A program made the position numbers and the translations under genes. From an uncultured Clostridia bacterium (lineage in GTDB: Bacteria > Bacillota > Clostridia > TANB77 > CAG-508), in assembly GCA_947649935.1 (NCBI GenBank), contig CANSTR010000003.1, forward strand, positions 4,123 through 68,122: 64,000 nt of DNA, in the 5' to 3' direction. Each line of letters begins with the position of its first letter. Positions within the stretch are counted from its first letter, which is position 1. Positions 20,374 through 30,159 of the stretch are shown one piece after another. Under the pieces are notes generated by a model. The model saw only the letters and a list, made by a program, of their open reading frames with translations, ran no database searches and had not been told where the DNA came from.

Positions 20374-21705
20374 TTAAAAATATTGATATTTTTTTCGATT
20401 GCCAATCAAAAATAAACTACTTACGATTAATGCCAAAATTTCTGCTACAACAACCGCTAACCAAATTCCATTTAAGCCCCAAATCATTGGCAAAACCAAT
20501 ATCATCGTGATTTCAAAAACTAATGTTCTCAAAAATGAAATGGCTGCTGAAACAAATCCATTGTTTAATGCGGTAAAGAAAGAAGAGGCAAATAAATTAA
20601 TTCCGCTAATTAAGTAGGAAATTGCAAATAGTCGAATCGCATTTGTCGTCAGTTCCAATAGTTCCGCATCATAGCTGACAAAAATGCTGGCAAGTGGTTT
20701 TGCCAAAATTTCAGCCAAAGTTGTCATGATAAAGGATGTGATAACTAGCATTTTCAAACTTTTACTTAAAATACTTTTTAGTTCTTCTTTGTTTTCTGCA
20801 CCATAATGATAACCTACAATCGGCGCGGTTCCTACGGAATAGCCGAGATACGTTCCGACAAAAATAAAGCCCACATACATGATGATTCCATATGCCACAA
20901 CTCCATTGGAACCTGCATATTTCATCAATTGAAAATTATACAGCATGTTCACAAGTGACATCGAAAGATTGCTGACCATTTCAGAGGAACCATTGCTACA
21001 TGCCATCAAAATTGGTTTCAACTCAAATCTCGTTTTTACTAATTTTAATTTGCTATGATTGTTGCGCAAAAAATAAACAAACGGAACAATCACACCAACC
21101 ATCTGGCTGATTCCCGTTGCTAATGCTGCTCCAAAAATTCCTAATTGAAAAACATAAATCAATAAAAAATCTAATAGCATGTTTAACACGCCTGATACAA
21201 TCGAAATTGCCAGTCCCATTTGTGGCTTTTCTGCCACCACTAAAAAACTTTGAAAACTATTTTGCAACAAAAATGGTGTTAAGGCAATCATTAATGTTTT
21301 GCCATAAGTGACGCAGTTTTGAATCATATCGCCTTCTGCGCCTAGCAACATGGAAATTGGTCTGATTAAAAAAACTCCTGCTATGGATAAAATAACGCCA
21401 ATAACAAGCAATAAATAAATTAGCATGGAAAAATATTCGTTGGCTTTTTTGATTTTTCCTTCTCCGATTGTTTTTGAAACAAGAGCACTTCCTCCTGTTC
21501 CAATCATAAAACCAATTGAGCCTAAAATCATAATGGCTGGCATGATTAAATTAACAGCTGCAAATGCATCACTTCCTACACAATTTGACACAAATATGCC
21601 ATCTACTACTCCGTAAATGGATGTAAAAATCATCATAATTATAGTTGGCATGGTAAATTTGATTAGTTTTTTATACGTAAAATGCTCCGATAATTGTATG
21701 TTCAT
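20374..21705 (-). CDS. MATE-family efflux transporter
   Basis: P.IIMMIFTSIYGVVDGIFVSN, GAALATGISQ, about 12 TMs. Confidence 0.92.
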   Translation of the reverse strand: MNIQLSEHFTYKKLIKFTMPTIIMMIFTSIYGVVDGIFVSNCVGSDAFAAVNLIMPAIMILGSIGFMIGTGGSALVSKTIGEGKIKKANEYFSMLIYLLLVIGVILSIAGVFLIRPISMLLGAEGDMIQNCVTYGKTLMIALTPFLLQNSFQSFLVVAEKPQMGLAISIVSGVLNMLLDFLLIYVFQLGIFGAALATGISQMVGVIVPFVYFLRNNHSKLKLVKTRFELKPILMACSNGSSEMVSNLSMSLVNMLYNFQLMKYAGSNGVVAYGIIMYVGFIFVGTYLGYSVGTAPIVGYHYGAENKEELKSILSKSLKMLVITSFIMTTLAEILAKPLASIFVSYDAELLELTTNAIRLFAISYLISGINLFASSFFTALNNGFVSAAISFLRTLVFEITMILVLPMIWGLNGIWLAVVVAEILALIVSSLFLIGNRKKYQYF

Positions 21706-21798
21706 TTCTTCTGTTTTTTCTCCTTTTTCTAAAGTTAAGTAATATTTATCTTATTACACTTTTTTCATATTGTCAATAGTTTTTGGGAGAAAAAACAT

Positions 21799-22032
21799 TT
21801 AGGAAAGGAGACTTTTTATGAAATCGGTCATGTTTTTTACCGTTCTCCAAGTGCTTGGTTCAACTTGTGTTGGTTGAATTTCTATGTCAAATTCTTCCTC
21901 TAATGCTGTTATTAATTCAATAAAAGCTAAAGAGTCTAGAATTTCATTTTCGAGTAAATCCATTTCTCTATTTTCTTTTAATTCTTGATAGCCTGTTAAA
22001 TTTTCGATGATTTCTATAATTTTTTCTTCCAT
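21799..22032 (-). CDS. dltC: D-alanyl/acyl carrier protein (DltC-like)
   Basis: DLLENEILDSLAFIELI..LEEEFDIEI phosphopantetheine serine motif; adjacent to dltA. Confidence 0.75.
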   Translation of the reverse strand: MEEKIIEIIENLTGYQELKENREMDLLENEILDSLAFIELITALEEEFDIEIQPTQVEPSTWRTVKNMTDFIKSLLS

Positions 22033-22033
22033 T

Positions 22034-23477
22034 TTAAAATTCCTCCAAAAGCTTTTTTTCGTCACATTTTCCATTTGAATTTAAAGGAAAATTAGAAACG
22101 ATTTTTATTTTTGGGCACATGTATTCTGGTATTCTTTTTTGCAGGTCTTTCCTAATTTCAATAGGCGTTTTTGTTACATTTTCTTTTAGACTTACAAAGG
22201 CTAAAAGATTTAAAATTTTGTCTTCTTGGTTTTTGTTTGCAACTGCTACCGCTTTATCAATATAGCTTAACTTCTGCAAATTTGTTTCAATATCCGTTAG
22301 TTCCATTCTGTAACCTTTGAATTTGATTTGCTTGTCTTTTCTTGCTTTATAATATAAAATCCCATTTTTAATGTATCCTAAATCTCCTGTTAAATAGGCT
22401 TTTGTTCCGTGATACTCGAGAAAAGAATGATTTTCCAGTTTTTCGACATAGCCATCTGCCACACTGGCTCCTGCAATTAGGATTTCTCCAATTTCTCCTT
22501 CTGGTAATTGATTTTTTTGTTCATCTACAATATCAATCTGAACATCTTTTTTGGGGATTCCAATTGGCAGAATTTCATCCTGAAGCATTTTTTCGTCAAC
22601 TTCAATGCTGGTTACTGCAAACGTGCATTCTGTTGGTCCGTAGCAATTGATGATTCGTAAAGAATCAAATTTTTCCTGTAATTTATGTACTGTTGATTTT
22701 AACAATTTTTCGCCACAAAATAGAATCGTTTGCAAAGTTGGCATGAGCGTTTTTCCAAACAATTGGTCTAACAACAACAAATCGACAAAAGATGGCGTAG
22801 CTACCATAAGATTTGCCCTACTCAATTTTAATTGCTCAAAAATTGGCTTAAAATCGAATCCGTGAAACATCGTGGATGATACAATGCTCACTTCCACTTA
22901 CCAAACTTAAATATAAATCTGCCACAGATAAATCAAAAGAAAAGTTGGCTTGATTGAGCACAACTCCTTTTTTTATTTTAGTGATATCTTTTAACCACTG
23001 AATACACGAATCAAGATTTTGATAAGTCACTTTGACGCCTTTGGGAACGCCTGTGGTTCCTGAGGTAAAAATAATATAAGCAATATCCTCTGGTTTCAAA
23101 TGAATTTGTTCGATTTCCTGAAAATTTTCCTGGTTCATGATTTCATTGATTTTTGGTTTTGGTATATTTTTTCCGATGATTAATGTAGGATGGACTTGGG
23201 CAATAATTTGCTTGACTCTTTCTTCCGGCATATTTTCGTCAATGGGAACATAGGCCATTCCAGCAAAAGAACATGCCAAAAAGGTTGCTTTCATATAAAT
23301 TTCTTTATGCCCATACACAACAACTGGTCTTTTTTCTGTATTTTCTTTTAATAAAAACTCATAAAGATTGCATACGAATTGATAGAATTGTTGATAGGAA
23401 TAGCTTTCTCCATTTACCGTATAGGCTTTATCTTCGGCTTTTTCTTTTAAAATAATTAATATTTCATCTAAAATCAT
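22034..23477 (-). CDS. dltA: D-alanine--carrier protein ligase (DltA-like), needing a +1 shift at CGG-A (22860-22862); about 480 aa when joined
   Basis: 5' part YIIFTSGTTGVPKGV, NQANFSFDLSV; 3' part TPSF, FCGE, NCYGPTE, TGDLG, R.D.QIKFKGYRMEL, NGK.D. Confidence 0.85.
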
Positions 23478-24317
23478 ACCGTCTCCCTAATTTCTTCCTT
23501 TGGTATTAAATCATAATCATACATTACTTGCGAATGATTATCTAATATCAATTCTTTTTTGATTTCTTGTTTGGTTTCCTTATCTGTCATAATTCGATAT
23601 ACTTTGCTATTTCGATAAAAAATACCATCTTCCTCTTTGACATAATGATTGTCTTCTTCCACGATTTTGTATTTTTCTGTCAATGGAACAGTGCTTCTAA
23701 TTTCTCCATATAAAAATGTATCATCCAACCAAATTCTTATCTGAACGGGATATTCAGTAGTATTTTTAAATCTGTAATCCAATGCTTTATAACTAATTGA
23801 TGTTCCAGTACCAAAAGGCACTCTTCTTTTGACATCAGGAAACAAAGCATCTGAATGATGATGCAATTCTGTAACCGTAAGTGGCGTGTGCAGTACGAGC
23901 CAATGAATCATATTTGCCATTTGGCATAAGCCTCCGCCAACTCCTTTTTTCATTTGACGATTACTAATGACTAATCCCTCCAAGTAACCTTTCCTTTTTG
24001 TTGCATTTCCTACTAAATTCCAAAAGGAAAATTCTTCTCCCGGATTTACGATGATGCCATCTATTTTTCGACTTGCTAATCCGCAAGTTTTTCACTTTAT
24101 TTTTTTGCAATTGCATATCTACTCCATGCAATTTTCGAAGCAACAGTTTGGTGTCACCTTTCCAAATATATTCGAAATTTTCTTTGTTTCTTTTTTTAGC
24201 AAATTTTTTGCCTGCTTTAAAATCTGCCAAATCTTTCTTTTTTGCTTCTTTCCACAACGCTATTTGATAAGCAATTGGTCCATATTCACAAAACAATTTT
24301 CTTCCCATTTCAAACAA
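23474..24317 (-). CDS. VanW-family protein, needing a +1 shift at CGG-A (24081-24083)
   Basis: Frame 0 ...GVDMQLQKNKVKNL-CGG; +1 frame (G)LASRKIDGIIVNPGEEFSFWNLVG...GYLEGL...GVGGGLCQMAN...HHHS. Confidence 0.85.
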
Positions 24318-24480
24318 TCCTTTTTATCTATTAACTAATTCTATTATAGCATAAAATTCTTTTCTTTGCAATATTGCATAGATGCTTTTAGTAAACTATT
24401 AACTGATAAATAGAAAATATAAATTGACAGGTATATTTCTTTTTTTTCTTGGGTAGAATTCCTGTGACCAGGAGGTACTT

Positions 24481-25203
24481 ATGAAAAAATTTTGGATTGT
24501 TTTGTTTAGCATTTTAGGGATGATTTGTATTGGTATTTTTGGTGTTTCGTCCTCGCAAGGGAATGAGCAAAATGTGCAACAACCGGAACCAGAAGTTTCT
24601 TACAATGTTGGCACTGTTACAGCAGAGAGTTTGAAAATTCGTTCTGGCTTGAGTACGCAAAATGAGTCAATCGGCTTGCTTTCCAAAGGAGATACCCTAC
24701 ATATTTATGGGAAAATCGATGATTGGTATATTGTTCGAACACAAAATAATTTGGTTGGCGCGGTTTATGCAGATTATGTGGAAGGTTCACATCAAGAAGA
24801 GGATGAAAATGCAGTTTTGCTTTCTCAAGAGGAACAAATCTTTTTGAATTTGATTAATAATCAGCGTATTCAGAATCATTTGCCAGAATTTGAGTTGGAT
24901 GAAAACTTGCTTAATATCGCTCGTCTGAAGGCGAATGACTTGGTGGAAAAAAATTATTTTTCACATGATTCTCCGACGTATGGCTCGATTTTTGATATGC
25001 TGAAAAACAACCAGATTGCGTATCACAAAGCAAGTGAAAATATTGCTCGAAATTTGAATGCAGAAAATGCGATTGCAAGTTTGATGAATTCGGAGGCGCA
25101 TAAGAATAATATTTTGAGTCAGGATTTTACTGTGACTGGAATTGCTGTGGTGGATAGTTTGCAGTATGGGAAGATTTTTGTGGAGGTGTTTGTGGCGAAC
25201 TAG
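24481..25203 (+). CDS. Secreted SH3b plus CAP/SCP domain protein
   Basis: Signal peptide; LKIRSG...DWYIV...GAVYADYV; LINNQR, YFSHDSPTYGS, ENIA, MNSEAHKNNIL. Confidence 0.85.
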   Translation: MKKFWIVLFSILGMICIGIFGVSSSQGNEQNVQQPEPEVSYNVGTVTAESLKIRSGLSTQNESIGLLSKGDTLHIYGKIDDWYIVRTQNNLVGAVYADYVEGSHQEEDENAVLLSQEEQIFLNLINNQRIQNHLPEFELDENLLNIARLKANDLVEKNYFSHDSPTYGSIFDMLKNNQIAYHKASENIARNLNAENAIASLMNSEAHKNNILSQDFTVTGIAVVDSLQYGKIFVEVFVAN

Positions 25204-25350
25204 GAGGAACGGGCTCTGCCCTTTCCTCCTAACCTCCTTTCCTGCAAGGGGACCATCGACTGGTCCCCTTGACCCTCCAGTCAACTCTGCTTGCAGATTA
25301 TTTTTGGCTCCGCTCGCTTTTGCTTGTGGCAACGCTCGCTGGTGGGGGGT
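25202..25350. repeat. GC-rich multi-hairpin intergenic element between convergent genes
   Basis: AGGAGGAA..TTCCTCCT and CAAGGGGACCA..TGGTCCCCTTG stems; GC far above surroundings. Confidence 0.5.
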
Positions 25351-25361
25351 TGTTTTCTTTT

Positions 25362-26675
25362 TTATTTTAATATTTTTATAAGTTCTTCTACCGTTTGTTT
25401 TTCTTGTGTTTTTTGTTGCATGTTTTTTAGTGTGACAACGTTTTCTTGAATTTCGTTTTCGCCGATGATGCAGACGTATGGGATGTTTTGCTTGTCGGCA
25501 TATTTTAGTTTGGCTTTCATGTCTTTTTGGAAGTTAGAATATAAGTCTGTGTTTATGCCGCTATCGCGCAATTGTTTTGCTGTTTTTAGGGCAAAATTGC
25601 TACAATTTTCATCCATGGGAACGACCAATACTTTGGCTATTGAATGGTTACTAGCTTGCAAAAGGTTCATTTCTTTTAATTGCGCAAATAATCTTGTTAA
25701 GCCAATCGAAATGCCTACGCCTTGGAATTTTCGGTCGGTATAATATTCGGTTAAGTTGTCATATCTTCCGCCTGAGCAAACGCTTCCGAGGTTGCGATAT
25801 TCATCAAAAAACGTCTCGTAAACTGTTCCTGTGTAGTAATCTAAGCCTCTGGCGATTTTTAAATCAATTTTAAAATTTTCTTCTGGAATGCCAAATTCTG
25901 TGACGTATTTGGCTATTTTTTCTAATTCTGTCAGTCCACTGACAAAAGTTTCGTTCGCAATTTGCATGGATTTCAATTTCTCGATTTTTTCGCTCGTAGA
26001 GCCTGAAATTAAAATAAATTCGCAAATTTTGTCGATGTTATTTTGAGTGACTTCTAATTTTTCTAGTTCTTCACGCATTGCTTTTTCGCCAATTTTATCG
26101 ATTTTATCGATAATTCTCATGATTTCTACTTTTTTGTCCGCGATTTGCAATGCTTCAAAAAGCCCATTTAGAATTTTTCGGTTGTTAATACAAATCGTAA
26201 ATTTCGCCAAATTCAATGATTGAAAAGCGGTATAAATAATGTTTACCATTTCGGCATCATTGATGATGTCCAGTTTATCTGCGATGACGTCTACATCGCA
26301 TTGATAAAATTCGCGAAATCTGCATTTTTGTGGTCTTTCGCCACGATAAACTTTTCCAATTTGGTAACGTTTAAACGGAAAAACAAGCTCGTTTTGGTAG
26401 ATGGAAACGTATTTGGCAAACGGAACGGTTAAATCAAAACGAAGTGACAAATCATTGTCCCCTTTTTCAAAACGATAAATTTGCTTCTCGGTTTCGCCGC
26501 CTGCTTTAGCAAGCAAAATTTCGGACAATTCCAAAATCGGCGTATCCAATGGCAAAAAGCCAAAACTTTCATACGCTTTTCGAATTTTGTCCACCATTTC
26601 ATTAAACAAAATTTGGTCATTTGGCAACAACTCCAACGTTCCTGCCAAGGTTCTTGGTTTTACTTTATGACTCAT
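25362..26675 (-). CDS. hisS: Histidyl-tRNA synthetase
   Basis: LRFDLTVPFA, YRGERPQ..RFREFYQCD, ARGLDYYTG, GGRYDNL. Confidence 0.97.
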   Translation of the reverse strand: MSHKVKPRTLAGTLELLPNDQILFNEMVDKIRKAYESFGFLPLDTPILELSEILLAKAGGETEKQIYRFEKGDNDLSLRFDLTVPFAKYVSIYQNELVFPFKRYQIGKVYRGERPQKCRFREFYQCDVDVIADKLDIINDAEMVNIIYTAFQSLNLAKFTICINNRKILNGLFEALQIADKKVEIMRIIDKIDKIGEKAMREELEKLEVTQNNIDKICEFILISGSTSEKIEKLKSMQIANETFVSGLTELEKIAKYVTEFGIPEENFKIDLKIARGLDYYTGTVYETFFDEYRNLGSVCSGGRYDNLTEYYTDRKFQGVGISIGLTRLFAQLKEMNLLQASNHSIAKVLVVPMDENCSNFALKTAKQLRDSGINTDLYSNFQKDMKAKLKYADKQNIPYVCIIGENEIQENVVTLKNMQQKTQEKQTVEELIKILK

Positions 26676-26690
26676 CTCTTTTCCTCCTTT

Positions 26691-28028
26691 TTACAAACTT
26701 TCCAATAGCGCATCTGAAATCGCAATCACATATTGCTCCATTTGCGTTTTGATGATTTCTAAATCATTTTTGATATACCCCATTTCAATCTGGTAACATT
26801 CAATTCCTTGATTAGAACGGTAATACTGATTTGCCGCATACGCTGTATTTCGCCCATCTACATAGGCATTTGTTGCAATGCCTCCGACTTCGCGAATGGT
26901 ATACAAATATGGCGTATCTAGCGTGATATTGTAAGGCGCATACCCTTTTTTATTGGCCGTGCTCGTATAATCATTAATCACACTTTGCGTAAAATTTCGC
27001 ACATAAACCCCCTCGCCCTTTTTGAACGAATTGTTATTCGAGTATTCTAAATCCGTATAGGTCACGATTTTATTTGCCATATTTTGCACCAATTCCAAAT
27101 TGGATTTGCAGGGACTATAGATTTCCAAACCGCGCAAACCTTTATTTCCATTGTTGATGTGAAACGAAATCATCTGTTTTGCTTTGGTGCTACAAGCCGT
27201 GGTAATTCTGCCGTTGGCATCATACATGTTTGTCGCCGTATATTCTGCCGAATTGCTGTCATCTCGCGTTAGCTTGACTTTTAAGCCATTTGCCTCCAAA
27301 CGTTCTTGCAATGCTTTCGCATAGCGAAGTGTGATATCTGCTTCTGTGTCGCTTCCTGCTTTTTCGCCAACATCTTTTCCACCGTGACCGGCGTCAATCA
27401 CAATGTCATAAACATTTTCTGGCTTTTGGGCATTTTCCACATTCAATCTTAAATATGCCAAACTCTGCTCTTTCTGCGCTTTTTCCTGAAAACAAATTTG
27501 CACTTTTTTATTTTGATTTTCTTTGGTCATTGTATCATATTCGATACCTTCAAATTCCGAGCCATTGCTTAACGAATAATACTTCGGATTCACACTATTA
27601 TTTAACTTGAGCCTCACTAAAACAATATATTCGCCCACGTCTAAATCGTCCAAAATACAGCCATCGTTGATTTGCTCAGTGGTTGTGACCATCAAATTTC
27701 CTTCTGAAAACGTGCCAGTTAGCGGATACGTTTTTTCGAACCCATCACCATTGGTAAGATACAATTTGACACTTTCAAAATTATCTTTGGAAACATTCGG
27801 CAAAGTTCCCGAAAAATTCAACGCTTTTCCATACGTAAAAATTTGCGTTGCTTGCACTTGTTTCGTCTGAATCGTTTCCAAAACGCCATCCAATTTCGAT
27901 TGTTTCTCATCGCTTTTTCCCTGGGAAGAAATCGAAAAATAAACACCAACTGCTAATCCAATCACCACAAATAACAACATAATAAAAGTCAGAAGTTTCT
28001 TAAACATCGTTTTTTCCTTCCTTCTCAT
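26691..28028 (-). CDS. Membrane-anchored N-acetylmuramoyl-L-alanine amidase (Amidase_3)
   Basis: N-terminal TM; IVIDAGHGGKDVG, LTRD, ISFHIN, QIEMGYI. Confidence 0.85.
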   Translation of the reverse strand: MRRKEKTMFKKLLTFIMLLFVVIGLAVGVYFSISSQGKSDEKQSKLDGVLETIQTKQVQATQIFTYGKALNFSGTLPNVSKDNFESVKLYLTNGDGFEKTYPLTGTFSEGNLMVTTTEQINDGCILDDLDVGEYIVLVRLKLNNSVNPKYYSLSNGSEFEGIEYDTMTKENQNKKVQICFQEKAQKEQSLAYLRLNVENAQKPENVYDIVIDAGHGGKDVGEKAGSDTEADITLRYAKALQERLEANGLKVKLTRDDSNSAEYTATNMYDANGRITTACSTKAKQMISFHINNGNKGLRGLEIYSPCKSNLELVQNMANKIVTYTDLEYSNNNSFKKGEGVYVRNFTQSVINDYTSTANKKGYAPYNITLDTPYLYTIREVGGIATNAYVDGRNTAYAANQYYRSNQGIECYQIEMGYIKNDLEIIKTQMEQYVIAISDALLESL

Positions 28029-28058
28029 ATTTTTTATATTATATCGAAATTTGTTAGA

Positions 28059-29357
28059 TTAGTCAACTATTTTCCCAATTAAATCATAGCCTTTGACGCC
28101 TGTAATTTGGCATTTGGCAAAAACATTTTCTTGCGCTGACGCGTTTTTGATATAAATGACGCCATCTTCGTCTGGAATATCCATATAACTTCTGGCAATC
28201 ATCGTATTTCCTAAAACGCTGTCAATCAGCACCTCGTATGTCTTTCCTACTTTTGCTTCCAGCTTCGATTTCGCGATTTTTTCTTGCTCACGCATCAAGC
28301 AATTCCAACGTTTTTGCTTGGTTTTATAATGCACTTGGTTGGGCAATTTCGCAGCTGGCGTTCCTTCTTCCTTTGAATAACGAAATGCCCCCAGCTTATC
28401 AAATTTTGCTCTTTTGACAAATCCGTATAACTCCTCAAAATCTTCTTCTGTTTCCCCTGGGAAACCAACAATCATGGTAGTGCGAATGATGACATCTGGA
28501 ATTTCTCTTCTTAATTTTTCAATCAACTTTTCAATGGATTTGGCATCGCTTTTGCGATTCATTTTTTTCAAAATTTTATCGGAAAAATGTTGCAATGGAA
28601 TATCAAAATAATGACAAATTCTTTCGTTGTTTTTTACCACTTCAATCAATTCATCTGTAATGCTTTCTGGATACGCATACAAAAAACGAATCCACTTAAT
28701 TTTATCTATCTCGCAAAGTTTTTGCAAAAGCTCTGCCAGTTTCAATTCTCCATACAAATCCAAACCGTATTTCGTCGTATCTTGCGCAATCACAATCATT
28801 TCTTGATAACCCAAATCAGCCAATCTTTTGGCTTCTTCTAAAATTTCTTCCATCGGACGACTGATATAAGGTCCTCGAATAGAAGGAATGGCGCAATAGG
28901 TGCAATGATTGCTACATCCTTCTGCAATTTTCAAATAGGTTGTTGTGTTTCCTGTGGCAATGCATCTTTCCATGTAATCCAAGGTATTTGCAGACTTTGT
29001 TTCTCCCACAAGCAATGTTTCAACTTGATTCCATAAGGTATCATATTGGTCAGGCGATACAAACAAATCCACTTCTGGCAAGGCTTTTTCAAGCTCTTTT
29101 TGATAACGTTTCACCAAACAACCCGTCACAATCAGATATTGACATTTTCCATTTTCCTTGTATTCCGCCATTTCCAAAATGGTGTTGATTGCCTCTTCTT
29201 TGGCGGTTTCAATAAAGCCGCATGTGTTAATCAAAATGATGTCTGCATCGCTCGGATGATTGATAATTTCAAATTTCTGTTTTTTGAATTTTCCAATCAT
29301 CATTTCTGTATCCACCAAATTTTTGCTACAACCTAATGAGACAAAACCTACTTTCAT
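28059..29357 (-). CDS. rimO: Ribosomal protein S12 methylthiotransferase
   Basis: SLGCSKNLVDTE, NTCGFI..AKEE, LKIAEGCSNHCTYCAIP.IRG radical-SAM motif. Confidence 0.95.
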   Translation of the reverse strand: MKVGFVSLGCSKNLVDTEMMIGKFKKQKFEIINHPSDADIILINTCGFIETAKEEAINTILEMAEYKENGKCQYLIVTGCLVKRYQKELEKALPEVDLFVSPDQYDTLWNQVETLLVGETKSANTLDYMERCIATGNTTTYLKIAEGCSNHCTYCAIPSIRGPYISRPMEEILEEAKRLADLGYQEMIVIAQDTTKYGLDLYGELKLAELLQKLCEIDKIKWIRFLYAYPESITDELIEVVKNNERICHYFDIPLQHFSDKILKKMNRKSDAKSIEKLIEKLRREIPDVIIRTTMIVGFPGETEEDFEELYGFVKRAKFDKLGAFRYSKEEGTPAAKLPNQVHYKTKQKRWNCLMREQEKIAKSKLEAKVGKTYEVLIDSVLGNTMIARSYMDIPDEDGVIYIKNASAQENVFAKCQITGVKGYDLIGKIVD

Positions 29358-29390
29358 ATTTTTCTCCTTTTTTACATTTTATGATTGTAA

Positions 29391-29467
29391 GGGCACGGTG
29401 CACCGTGCCCCTACGGATTGCATATTTTTTTTGGGGCAACAGGGCAAGGGTGGAACCTTGCCCCTAC
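29391..29467 (-). repeat. Two tandem GTAG-type REPs
   Basis: GGGCACGGTGCACCGTGCCCCTAC (29391-29414) and GGGCAAGGGTGGAACCTTGCCCCTAC (29442-29467). Confidence 0.8.
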
Positions 29468-29477
29468 ATTTCATTTT

Positions 29478-30035
29478 TCAATTAAATTTATTCATGGCGG
29501 AATCGATGCCGTTTTTTAATAATTCCACAATGGCTTTTTTCGCTTTTTCGATTCCGTCTGCTAACAGCGTTTTTTCTTCTTCTGGGATGGCGCCTATCAC
29601 GTATTCAATTACATTTTCTTCGTCATTTGGCTTGCCAATTCCGATACGAACGCGTGGAAAATTTTCACTATTTAAAAAATGCGTCACTGATTTGATGCCA
29701 TTGTGACTGCCTGGTGAGCCACTTTTGCGAATGCGAATTTTGCTTGGTTCAATGTCCATATCATCATAAATCACAACAACATGGTCTAGGTCTATTTTGT
29801 AAAAATTCACAAATTCAATGACTGCCTCGCCACTCGCATTCATGAAAGTTTGTGGCTTTACCAAAATGACTTTTTCGCCTTCTATAACGGCTGTTTCGTA
29901 CTCACTATTGAATTTTTTTCTTGCCATTTCTAGTCCATACTCTTTCGCCAATTTGTTAATGACATGAAATCCCATATTATGCCTTGTGTTATCATAATCT
30001 GCTTCTGGGTTTCCCAAACCTACGATTAAATACAT
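29478..30035 (-). CDS. pth: Peptidyl-tRNA hydrolase
   Basis: LIVGLGNP, TRHNMGF, KPQTFMNASG, YDDMD, HNGIKS, RVRIGIG. Confidence 0.97.
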   Translation of the reverse strand: MYLIVGLGNPEADYDNTRHNMGFHVINKLAKEYGLEMARKKFNSEYETAVIEGEKVILVKPQTFMNASGEAVIEFVNFYKIDLDHVVVIYDDMDIEPSKIRIRKSGSPGSHNGIKSVTHFLNSENFPRVRIGIGKPNDEENVIEYVIGAIPEEEKTLLADGIEKAKKAIVELLKNGIDSAMNKFN

Positions 30036-30061
30036 GCTTTTTCCTCCGTTTTCTTATTTTT

Positions 30062-30157
30062 AAAGGGCTGTAAAAAACTAAAAGCGTGAGAAATTTTGGC
30101 TTTGCCAAAATTTCGCTCGCTCTTTTTTATGATTTTCATCATTTTTTACAGCACTTT
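30062..30157. mobile_element. MITE-like 96-bp element with 16-bp terminal inverted repeats
   Basis: AAAGGGCTGTAAAAAA ... TTTTTTACAGCACTTT (15/16) around an internal hairpin GAAATTTTGGC-TTT-GCCAAAATTTC. Confidence 0.5.
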
Positions 30158-30159
30158 TC

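Noticed and set aside
23990-23998. AGG as a second shifty codon, as in Perkinsus
   Set aside because: AAA AGG AAA GGT in vanW (TKRKGY) and CAA AGG GCG in tsaB stay in frame
8347-24317. Vancomycin-resistance cluster (vanZ, two-component system, vanW)
   Set aside because: No D-Ala-D-Lac/Ser ligase, VanH or VanX, and the genes are scattered
24961-25381. ORFs of 123 aa (-) and 79 aa (+)
   Set aside because: Run through the GC-rich hairpin element and overlap real genes
29391-29467. CRISPR array
   Set aside because: Only two divergent palindromes, no regular repeat-spacer period and no cas genes; these are REPs
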